From an uncultured Candidatus Saccharibacteria bacterium (lineage in GTDB: Bacteria; Patescibacteriota; Minisyncoccia; Phycocordibacterales; UBA9973), in contig CAYREQ010000001.1 in NCBI GenBank assembly GCA_964423445.1, positions 129,732-193,731 of the forward strand: a stretch of 64,000 bases of DNA. The letters run 5' to 3'. Numbering within the stretch: the first letter of the stretch is position 1; each line of letters opens with the position of its first letter. Shown here in pieces: positions 32,872 through 40,112 of the stretch. The position numbers were made by a program, and so were the translations under genes. The notes beneath the pieces were generated by a model. The model worked only from the letters and a program-made list of their open reading frames with translations. It was not told the origin of the DNA and did no database searches.

Positions 32872-33915
32872 ATGAATAATATTGTATGGATAATTTTAGG
32901 AATAATAGCTGGAGTAGCTGTGGCTTACTTTATTTTTGGACGCAAGAAAGAAGATAAAAATACAGACGTGGGACTAAATCTAATACTGACACAGATAAAT
33001 GAATTATCTCGAACTGTAGACAACAAAATAGGTGAAAGCCACAAGCAAGTACGCGAGAGTTTGCAATTTCATTCTAGTGAATCAAATAAAATTATTCGTG
33101 ATGTCACTGAGAGACTCACCCGCTTGGATGAGACAAATAAACAAGTCATATCTTTTGCTGACCAGCTACAAAGCTTGGAAAATGTTTTAAAAAATCCAAA
33201 GCAACGTGGAATCCTCGGTGAGTATTATCTGGAGACAGTTTTAAAAAATGTTCTCCCTCCTGGAAGCTATCAAATGCAGTACCCTTTTCCTGATGGCAGT
33301 ATCGTGGACGCTGTAGTTTTTGTAAAAGATAAAATCATACCAATAGATTCAAAATTCTCACTTGAAAATTATAACAAGATGGCAGAGGAGCGAGACCCTA
33401 CAGAAAAGAAACGCCTAGAGACTACTTTTGTAAATGATTTAAAAAATAGAATTACTGAGACTGCAAAATATATACAGCCATCCAAAGGCACTACAGATTT
33501 TGCCTTTATGTTTATACCGCACGAAGCTATCTATTATGATTTGCTGACAAATAAAGTAGGTGCTGGCGATGAAAATGAGAGCTTGATTCAGCGGGCTGCA
33601 GGAAAATACAAAGTCATCATCACGAGCCCTACTTCATTTTTGGCTTATTTACAGACTGTGTTACAAGGATTAAAAGCCCTACAAATAGAAGAATCTGCAA
33701 AAGAAATAATTAAAAAAGTGGAAGACCTAGGCAAACATTTAAAATCTTATGATGAATACCACAACAAGCTCGGCAATTCCTTGAGTACTGTGGTGAACCA
33801 TTACAATGCTTCAAATAAAGAATTGAAAAAAATTGATAAAGATGTGCTTCGCATATCTGGCTCTTCACCAGAGCTAGCCCTACTCGAAGTTGATAAACCA
33901 AAACAAGAAGAATAG
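32872..33915 (+). CDS. rmuC: DNA recombination protein RmuC
   Basis: KQRGILGE, PIDSKF, TTDFAFMFIPHE and SPTS motifs. Confidence 0.95.
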   Translation: MNNIVWIILGIIAGVAVAYFIFGRKKEDKNTDVGLNLILTQINELSRTVDNKIGESHKQVRESLQFHSSESNKIIRDVTERLTRLDETNKQVISFADQLQSLENVLKNPKQRGILGEYYLETVLKNVLPPGSYQMQYPFPDGSIVDAVVFVKDKIIPIDSKFSLENYNKMAEERDPTEKKRLETTFVNDLKNRITETAKYIQPSKGTTDFAFMFIPHEAIYYDLLTNKVGAGDENESLIQRAAGKYKVIITSPTSFLAYLQTVLQGLKALQIEESAKEIIKKVEDLGKHLKSYDEYHNKLGNSLSTVVNHYNASNKELKKIDKDVLRISGSSPELALLEVDKPKQEE

Positions 33916-33922
33916 GAATTAG

Positions 33923-33960
33923 AAAAGGCCGTCGACAATGTTTGTCTCCGGCCTTTTTTT
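33923..33960. terminator. Bidirectional terminator between convergent genes
   Basis: AAAAGGCCG...CGGCCTTTTTTT inverted repeat with A and T tails. Confidence 0.8.
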
Positions 33961-33984
33961 GATCCTCGGTTCCGCCGAGTCGGT

Positions 33985-34167
33985 TTAGTATGTTGAAGGA
34001 TCGTTCCACCTTGATGGATCGACCCGTAATGAAGCCACTGATTTGCTGGCTTCACCATCTTCTTTTTTTTCTTCGACTTCCTCTTCGGCAGTCGAAGGTT
34101 TAGGTTCGTGCTCGGGCACTTGTGCGACCGAGAGAAGAATTGAGTTTGATGTTTCTTTGATAGCCAT
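33985..34167 (-). CDS. Small acidic hypothetical protein
   Basis: Strong SD TAAGGAG 8 nt before the ATG, directly after the stop of the upstream ORF. Confidence 0.6.
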   Translation of the reverse strand: MAIKETSNSILLSVAQVPEHEPKPSTAEEEVEEKKEDGEASKSVASLRVDPSRWNDPSTY

Positions 34168-34182
34168 TTCCGTATCTCCTTA

Positions 34183-34665
34183 TTAGTGAAAATTACTGTC
34201 GTGGTCAAAAATTACGGTGCCTTCTTTTTTACCGAAAGAAGCAAACCTTTTTTCTTTGTACTCCCGAACCTTCATTCGAGAACTTTTGCTTTTCTTTCGG
34301 TTTTTGATGATGTAAATCACCGAAACTAAAAGTAGCCCAAAGAAAATTGCGATTGAGGCTAGGACTCCAGAAGTCCCACTCAAAAGATAGCTTTTGTAAC
34401 CTCCTTCTTTTACTTGATAACCGGTCGCTAAGGCTGGCGACGGTGTCCTGATCGGCGTCGTTGCTGGCGCCGAAGTGTTTGGTATTTTTACATCCGCCGA
34501 CCTAGTCATCGTCGACGAAGGGGGTCTGTTGTCCAGAGCTAACCCTGGATACAGTTTTGTTTTTGGCGGCAAGACTGTATTTGAATTAGCGGACTTTTTA
34601 GTCTGTGAAAAAACTGGCGAGATTGCCAAAACTACAAAAACTAAAATAAGAAATATTTTCTTCAT
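34183..34665 (-). CDS. Hypothetical exported single-pass membrane protein (Pro/Thr-rich)
   Basis: Signal peptide, P/T/S-rich stalk, C-terminal TM and basic tail; AGGAG SD. Confidence 0.75.
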   Translation of the reverse strand: MKKIFLILVFVVLAISPVFSQTKKSANSNTVLPPKTKLYPGLALDNRPPSSTMTRSADVKIPNTSAPATTPIRTPSPALATGYQVKEGGYKSYLLSGTSGVLASIAIFFGLLLVSVIYIIKNRKKSKSSRMKVREYKEKRFASFGKKEGTVIFDHDSNFH

Positions 34666-34738
34666 TTCAATACTCCTAAACCTATGAAAAAATCAACGAA
34701 CTAGGCAGACATCACAAAAATGTGACACCATAGTTCTT

Positions 34739-34798
34739 TCTACCTAAAAGTATAGCATATTCTTACCTATTTGTCAAGGTAAATAAGCTTATTTTATA
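34739..34798 (-). repeat. 60-bp promoter module, copy 1 (TTGACA-17-TATACT)
   Basis: Matches 36153-36212 at 56 of 60 positions; -35 at 34777-34772 and -10 at 34754-34749. Confidence 0.9.
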
Positions 34799-34820
34799 AG
34801 GTTTTTTTGTATAAAAATAG

Positions 34821-34850
34821 AAAATGGCCGGAACTCATAGAGCCCGGCCA
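34821..34850 (-). terminator. Terminator of the 388-aa gene
   Basis: TGGCCGG...CCGGCCA stem followed by TTTTCTATTTTT on the minus strand. Confidence 0.7.
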
Positions 34851-34909
34851 GATTGATAATTTATTGAGTTTATCTCTCATGCTCGAGTAACGCTCGAGCG
34901 TCGTTTGTT

Positions 34910-36076
34910 TTAGAATCCTTCAGATAATCTTCGGGAATCTTTTTGATACCTAGCAGCCCGATGTCCGCCAGATTGTGCGTAGTGGTCGTAATCTTCGTGA
35001 TCAGAAACCGTTTCGGTTGGTTTCGTGACCACAGAACTTACTACCTCTACTGTCGGCGGCGCGATGCTGACTGGAATCGTATCTTTAGAAGAAAATTTAT
35101 CCTCCGTTAGATTGAGGATGTGTTTTCCTCGGCATTCCTCGTCGGAAACGACCGGTTTGTCTTCGATGAAAACAAACCCTTTGTATGTGTCCCCCGAGTG
35201 AACCGGATTCATGCAGGCCTGAAGGGTCTGCAAGACTTCTTCTGTCCCATCCGGAAATCGATATCGGGCTTGATAAGCTCGAATACCGGGCTCCGGAATA
35301 CGACGAGGCTTCATGGTGGTACCCAAGTAGCCGACCAACCCTTCACCAGAGATAGTCCCGACTTGGATCGGTCCGATACGCCGGATGTCAAAGGTGAACC
35401 CTTCGAGATTAGGATTTCTTTCTCTGTAGAGAGAGCTCGCCCTCTGGTCGAAAAATTTTTCCAGTCTTCTGGTCTCGACCGGTTCGATGCCGCCAGCAAC
35501 ATAAGGCTTGCCTGATGTTATCGGATCAAGTCTGAGCTCGCGATCTTCCCAGCTCTCTTCTTCGTCTTCGTCACTAAAGTCGGGATGCCAATTTCTCGGA
35601 TGCGAGAAAGAAAGCAAAGCTCTCCAGATAAGAAAAACGAGGAATAGTGCGATGACGATGTACGGCGCCAACCAGCCGTAGTCCTTCCACAACATTGCTG
35701 TCGTGTAATTTTCCGGACCGGCTGGAAGTGTCGTAACCAATGGTGGTTTACCCTTCAACGCCGGCTCCGTGGATTCGGTGGAAGCTGTGGGTTCTGTCGT
35801 GGGTGTATTGTATGCCTTCGCATACTCACGCCCCCAGATACCGCGAGTGTCCCCGACTTCGAGTCGGTCGATCGTACCGTCCGGAAGACGGTAACTATCG
35901 CCGGCTTTCATTCGCTTGAAATCGACGTTCGGGTTTAACTTCACGACCTTCGCCATGAAGTTTCCAAAGTCTCTGTGCGACATGATTCCGAAATACAAAT
36001 TTGCCGATACCGGTGTGGTAGCTGTTAACGTTAACAGCATCACCAGTACAAAAATACTAACGAATGTTTTTTTCAT
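34910..36076 (-). CDS. Hypothetical membrane protein: signal peptide, possible LysM-like segment, TM and a large C-terminal domain
   Basis: 388-aa ORF in GC-richer sequence with a purine-rich SD; VVKLNPNVDFKRMKAGDSYRLP resembles the end of a LysM domain. Confidence 0.75.
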   Translation of the reverse strand: MKKTFVSIFVLVMLLTLTATTPVSANLYFGIMSHRDFGNFMAKVVKLNPNVDFKRMKAGDSYRLPDGTIDRLEVGDTRGIWGREYAKAYNTPTTEPTASTESTEPALKGKPPLVTTLPAGPENYTTAMLWKDYGWLAPYIVIALFLVFLIWRALLSFSHPRNWHPDFSDEDEEESWEDRELRLDPITSGKPYVAGGIEPVETRRLEKFFDQRASSLYRERNPNLEGFTFDIRRIGPIQVGTISGEGLVGYLGTTMKPRRIPEPGIRAYQARYRFPDGTEEVLQTLQACMNPVHSGDTYKGFVFIEDKPVVSDEECRGKHILNLTEDKFSSKDTIPVSIAPPTVEVVSSVVTKPTETVSDHEDYDHYAQSGGHRAARYQKDSRRLSEGF

Positions 36077-36152
36077 TTCTTTCCTTTCCTATTCTTTTTT
36101 CGAAAAACTTCAGAAATTTAAATGAGCGAAAAAACACGCCTTCATTAAATCA

Positions 36153-36212
36153 TCTACCTAATAGTATAGCATATTATTACCCATTTGTCAAGGTAAATAA
36201 CCTTATTTTATA
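36153..36212 (-). repeat. 60-bp promoter module, copy 2 (TTGACA-17-TATACT)
   Basis: Near-identical to 34739-34798; -35 at 36191-36186 and -10 at 36168-36163. Confidence 0.9.
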
Positions 36213-36229
36213 TAGCTATATTCGTTTTA

Positions 36230-36258
36230 TTGGAATTTTTTATTAAAAATGTTATATT
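36230..36258 (+). promoter_or_regulatory. Sigma70-type promoter for the tRNA-Glu locus
   Basis: TTGGAA-17 nt-TATATT with extended TG, 9 nt upstream of the duplicated tRNA 5' end. Confidence 0.65.
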
Positions 36259-36267
36259 GCCTCGATA

Positions 36268-36334
36268 GGCCCTATCGTCCCTCGGCCATAGCCAGTAGGC
36301 TCTGTCCTACGGGCGAGGCTAACGGTTAGGACAT
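36268..36334 (+). repeat. Duplicated first 27 nt of tRNA-Glu interrupted by a 40-nt hairpin insertion
   Basis: GGCCCTATCGTC[40 nt]TAACGGTTAGGACAT equals 36571-36597 once 36280-36319 is removed. Confidence 0.92.
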
Positions 36335-36337
36335 TTT

Positions 36338-36592
36338 ATGCATACAGTTTATGTATTAAAAAGTTTAGTAGATAATAATTTATACATAGGGTGTACTTCT
36401 GATTTAAAAAGTAGGCTGAAGTATCACAACGAAGGTAAAGTAAAATCTACAAAGCATCGTAGGCCTTTAGAATTATTATATAAAGAAAATTATGATAACA
36501 TCTATGAGGCTTTCAAAGTAGAAAGATATTATAAAAGTGCAAAAGGAAAACGTGATTTAAAAAATAAAATGGCCCTATCGTCTAACGGTTAG
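36338..36592 (+). CDS. Stand-alone GIY-YIG nuclease
   Basis: VYVL...LYIG motifs, conserved R...HN.G and EA...E; stop codon lies inside tRNA-Glu. Confidence 0.93.
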   Translation: MHTVYVLKSLVDNNLYIGCTSDLKSRLKYHNEGKVKSTKHRRPLELLYKENYDNIYEAFKVERYYKSAKGKRDLKNKMALSSNG

Positions 36593-36642
36593 GACATCGC
36601 CTTCTCAAGGCGGTAATCAGGGTTCGATTCCCTGTAGGGTCA
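36571..36642 (+). tRNA. tRNA-Glu (CTC)
   Basis: GGCCCTATCGTCTAACGGTTAGGACATCGCCTT-CTC-AAGGCGGTAATCAGGGTTCGATTCCCTGTAGGGTCA cloverleaf. Confidence 0.96.
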
Positions 36643-36654
36643 CAAAGCACTAAT

Positions 36655-36685
36655 AAAAAAAGAGCCCACTACTGGGCTCTTTTTT
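36655..36685. terminator. Bidirectional terminator after tRNA-Glu
   Basis: AAAAAAGAGCCCA-ctac-TGGGCTCTTTTTT perfect inverted repeat. Confidence 0.88.
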
Positions 36686-36812
36686 GTGCTTTGTGAAGAC
36701 GGAAGCATAATTTCACAGTAGTGAAATAGCTGAGTCCGGGTCTGGAAAATTTTCTTTTGACGAAAAGAAAATTATTGTGGACCACGTAAATTTTTGTACG
36801 CAAAGCGTTCAA

Positions 36813-37001
36813 TTATTTCTCCAGTTCCTCTTGAGTTTCTTTCTTAGCTTCCATCTTATAAGTTTCAAGAAGCGTAATAAGTCCACAGATTATTAGAAAA
36901 ACAACCAGATAAGTAATCCAAGAACTTATACCTTTAAATGTACGTCCAGCCAACACTCCAACCCCGAGACTGAACATAATGTAACCTAAATATTTTTGCA
37001 T
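36813..37001 (-). CDS. Small two-TM hypothetical protein
   Basis: 62-aa hydrophobic ORF abutting the upstream gene. Confidence 0.6.
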   Translation of the reverse strand: MQKYLGYIMFSLGVGVLAGRTFKGISSWITYLVVFLIICGLITLLETYKMEAKKETQEELEK

Positions 37002-37002
37002 A

Positions 37003-37704
37003 TTATTTTTCTTTATTTAAATCAGAGTATTCTTCTATTATGTTATTAGCATCTGTTAACTTTTCAAAAAAGTTAGTGCATTGCATGGGAACATTTTGGA
37101 TGGAAGTAATTTTTGCTTTCCTATCTAAGGTTTCTTGAGAACAATCTATGCTTTCGTAATCATAATCATATAAACATGACGCTCTTGGACTCACTGGAGT
37201 ATATGTCAAACAATTATCATAATCCGCTTTTACTTTTCCTTTTAATAAATTACAGCTTCTAAGTTCATCTTTGTAGTTTTTATCAATCGTTGGTTGGATA
37301 CACGTTTTAAATTTGGCTTTTAAATCATCTAGGCTTGAAATAGCTTGGTCGTATTTTTGTTTTAATTGTTCCTTTTGTAAATTTTCTTGTTTCGTTTGTA
37401 TTAAATAATAAATACCAGTTACTAAAGCAATAACTATAGCTAGAGTTAATAATGCTTTAATAACTTTTTTTCTAGGAGGTATGATATTTGAAATTTTGTG
37501 CTTATTTATACTATCTTCAAATTTTATATTGTTATTATGCCGCCATCCTATTGTGTAAAATATTAGTACCGCGGGAATTAAAATAGAGAGAAATGTAGCA
37601 AAACTTGAGTAATCTGACTGGTCCAAAGAAGCAAAAAATCCAATTATTCCAAAAATCCATATAGATATCAATTGACCTCTTGTAATTTTATAAATGTTTT
37701 TCAT
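37003..37704 (-). CDS. Hypothetical membrane protein with Cys-rich C-terminal domain
   Basis: Three TM segments, then a helical domain with six Cys. Confidence 0.75.
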   Translation of the reverse strand: MKNIYKITRGQLISIWIFGIIGFFASLDQSDYSSFATFLSILIPAVLIFYTIGWRHNNNIKFEDSINKHKISNIIPPRKKVIKALLTLAIVIALVTGIYYLIQTKQENLQKEQLKQKYDQAISSLDDLKAKFKTCIQPTIDKNYKDELRSCNLLKGKVKADYDNCLTYTPVSPRASCLYDYDYESIDCSQETLDRKAKITSIQNVPMQCTNFFEKLTDANNIIEEYSDLNKEK

Positions 37705-37707
37705 AAA

Positions 37708-38121
37708 TTATTGATTATTTTTAATTCTAAATTCTAACCAACTATCAGAACACTCTTTCAAGGATTTAAGTACTGTTTCTTTGAGTTCTTGATTTTCTAA
37801 CTTCATATCTAAGCTTTTTTTCATTCTCTGTAAAGCCTCTTCATCTGAAATTTTATCACACGATTCAACCTTGCCATTTGATATTTTTGTAAAATAACCT
37901 ATTAAATATGCCCCCATGGTTTCCCTTATATTTTCAGCCATTATTTTATCGCCAGAATCAAAGAAGTATTTTGTAATTATATTTAATGCTTCTTCTAGCT
38001 TATTAACTGGATGTGGTAAAAAAGATTCTGGAACTATTACAAAGACACGACTCATTTTATCTGCAATTTCTTGATAATTCTGCCAATCTTTAAAAATTTT
38101 CTCAGCTTCTTTAAATTCCAT
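37708..38121 (-). CDS. Hypothetical protein
   Basis: 137-aa ORF with tight operon spacing. Confidence 0.7.
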   Translation of the reverse strand: MEFKEAEKIFKDWQNYQEIADKMSRVFVIVPESFLPHPVNKLEEALNIITKYFFDSGDKIMAENIRETMGAYLIGYFTKISNGKVESCDKISDEEALQRMKKSLDMKLENQELKETVLKSLKECSDSWLEFRIKNNQ

Positions 38122-38126
38122 ATATT

Positions 38127-38339
38127 TTATTTATTTAAACCTTTTGCCCTAATGCATAGATTATAAAATACTTCTATACCGTCACGCTCTAAATTAGGAT
38201 TTTCCTTTATAATATTACTAATTTTCCGACTACATGACGAATAAATTTTAGATACCCTAATTTCATACCAATAAAAAACAAAACCTAAAATCACCAAGGC
38301 AATTAAAATTATATATTTATATTCTTTAAGTTTTTGCAT
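38127..38339 (-). CDS. Small membrane-anchored protein (FYWYE.R...C...C..KGL type)
   Basis: N-terminal TM plus two Cys. Confidence 0.7.
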   Translation of the reverse strand: MQKLKEYKYIILIALVILGFVFYWYEIRVSKIYSSCSRKISNIIKENPNLERDGIEVFYNLCIRAKGLNK

Positions 38340-38345
38340 AAAAAA

Positions 38346-38765
38346 TTAACGTGTATTGTAATGTGCATCTGTTACTGAAACAAGGTAGAAAATCCTTTTA
38401 AGTGTATAAAAGAAAATTCTTCCCTTATCTGTATCGATGAATAATTCCCTGACTTCTACGTCATCATGCAATCCTTTATACAGCTTTAAGTAATCACCCT
38501 TAGGAATAATTGAAGAAGATTTAAAATTTCCCAAATCTGTATCCTCAAAAATTCCACAGCCAACTTTTTTAATTAATCTTAATGCTTTTAATGCTCTTTT
38601 TTTCTCTAGGTTGTCTATTCCACATTCTTTTTCATTGTATTTTGCAAATGAAATTAAAAAAGGTGATGACTCAGGGTCATCCTCTTGTTGAGAAAGTTGA
38701 GCAATTTGTTCAGGAATTACTGAATCATTTAATGGCAACTCACTTGCTCCTTCTGGAATAGACAT
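38346..38765 (-). CDS. Putative toxin paired with the Panacea antitoxin (possible RelE/ParE-like fold)
   Basis: 10 nt downstream of the DUF4065 gene; C-terminal VRELF...GRIFF...IFYLVSV...H strand pattern. Confidence 0.6.
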   Translation of the reverse strand: MSIPEGASELPLNDSVIPEQIAQLSQQEDDPESSPFLISFAKYNEKECGIDNLEKKRALKALRLIKKVGCGIFEDTDLGNFKSSSIIPKGDYLKLYKGLHDDVEVRELFIDTDKGRIFFYTLKRIFYLVSVTDAHYNTR

Positions 38766-38775
38766 AGATTCAGAC

Positions 38776-39267
38776 CTAGGCTTTTAATTCCTTAAGCTTA
38801 GAGGAATAAAATTCTTTCATGGATTCCAAAGTTATCTCATTTTCAGAAATTTCATCAACTGAAAGTCCTTCTCTTGCGTCTTGCCAAGGAGATTCTGAAT
38901 GGGTAAGTGCTTCAAGATAAGAAGAATCGTATTTACCATAAACATCCCACACTTGGTCTAAAATTTTTCTGTCTTCCTCAGTTATTAAATTAATAAGGGC
39001 TGAGTCAGGCTCTTTTTTTATTGCATTGAAACTAAATTCTTTATATCTATCGTATAAGCTTTTTATTGCAGGTCCATGAACCCATGCTTCAATTTTTTCA
39101 TCAAAAATCGGACGTTTATTTATGACCAAAGACCATGCTTGAGCATAGTAAACAAGTTTTTGAATTTTCTTATTTGTAATAACCTTTCTGGGAGATGATA
39201 GGTTAGACTTTTGAATGAAGAACTCTGCTATTGAGCTAGCAGGGGTCTTTACTGCTAATTTATTCAT
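38776..39267 (-). CDS. Panacea domain antitoxin (DUF4065/SocA/GepA)
   Basis: ITNKKIQKLVYYAQ, IEAWVHGP and LEALTHSESPW motifs. Confidence 0.93.
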   Translation of the reverse strand: MNKLAVKTPASSIAEFFIQKSNLSSPRKVITNKKIQKLVYYAQAWSLVINKRPIFDEKIEAWVHGPAIKSLYDRYKEFSFNAIKKEPDSALINLITEEDRKILDQVWDVYGKYDSSYLEALTHSESPWQDAREGLSVDEISENEITLESMKEFYSSKLKELKA

Positions 39268-39391
39268 ATGATAACTATATCATGTTTTCTATAAAGTTGT
39301 CTACAAACTTCCAATTCCAATGGGTAGTGTGATTTAGGACATATATTTAGGCTTTTTAAGCATATTCTTTTGATGCTATAATACGCTCACA

Positions 39392-40081
39392 ATGAAATTA
39401 ATTATTTTATCTGCTGGAAAAGGTCTACGTTTTTTACCAATCACAAACACCATACCAAAAGGCATGGTATCTATTTTAAATGAGCCATTATTAAAGCATG
39501 TAGTAGAGCCATATCTAAAAAATGTGACTGATATTATTTTTGTAGTAAACGATGGACTCGGGATAAAAATAAAAGATTATTTTGGAGAAAAATACAAAGG
39601 GCATAAAGTGTTTTATAAAATACAAAAAGAACAAAAAGGTACGATGGATGCCCTACTCACTTGCAGAGATTTGATAAAAGAAGACGAATTATTTTGTGTA
39701 TCAAATGCGGACGACTTATTAAAAGAAATTGATATAAAAAATGCTATCTTGCAAAATTCTATCGGCGCAGGTATTTCTAAAAAAATAATGCCGAAAAATT
39801 ATCTAGGGGTAGAGGTGGAAAATGATTTGGTAAAAAGTTTTATAAGACACGAAGATAATATAGAAAAGATTAAAGACAATTATTGTAATGGATTTTTTAT
39901 ACTTGATAAGAGGGTTTTTGATTTTGAGCCTGTAGCTACCCTAGATGGAGAGCTCGGCCTGCCACACACACTCTTTGCAAATTTAAGTATATATCCCCTA
40001 AAAATGTTTACTTTTGATTCTTGGGAGACAGTAAATAGACCAGAAGACATAGCAAATGCCGAGAATTTTCTCAAAAATTGA
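39392..40081 (+). CDS. Sugar-phosphate nucleotidyltransferase
   Basis: ILSAGKGLRFLPITNTIPK and KGTMDA motifs. Confidence 0.88.
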   Translation: MKLIILSAGKGLRFLPITNTIPKGMVSILNEPLLKHVVEPYLKNVTDIIFVVNDGLGIKIKDYFGEKYKGHKVFYKIQKEQKGTMDALLTCRDLIKEDELFCVSNADDLLKEIDIKNAILQNSIGAGISKKIMPKNYLGVEVENDLVKSFIRHEDNIEKIKDNYCNGFFILDKRVFDFEPVATLDGELGLPHTLFANLSIYPLKMFTFDSWETVNRPEDIANAENFLKN

Positions 40082-40112
40082 AAAAGCACAGACTAAATGT
40101 TAATCTTGATAG

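Noticed and set aside
33801-34208. 135-aa minus-strand ORF
   Set aside because: It crosses the bidirectional terminator and overlaps rmuC; the nested 60-aa ORF has the strong SD.
34739-36212. CRISPR array or IS terminal repeats
   Set aside because: Only two direct copies 1.4 kb apart, with no spacer periodicity, cas genes or transposase.
36268-36642. Group I intron or split tRNA containing a homing endonuclease
   Set aside because: The downstream tRNA-Glu is complete and uninterrupted, and there is no room for a ribozyme core around the ORF.
36643-39390. Prophage or integrative element with attL/attR
   Set aside because: I could find no integrase, phage structural genes or duplicated tRNA 3' end.
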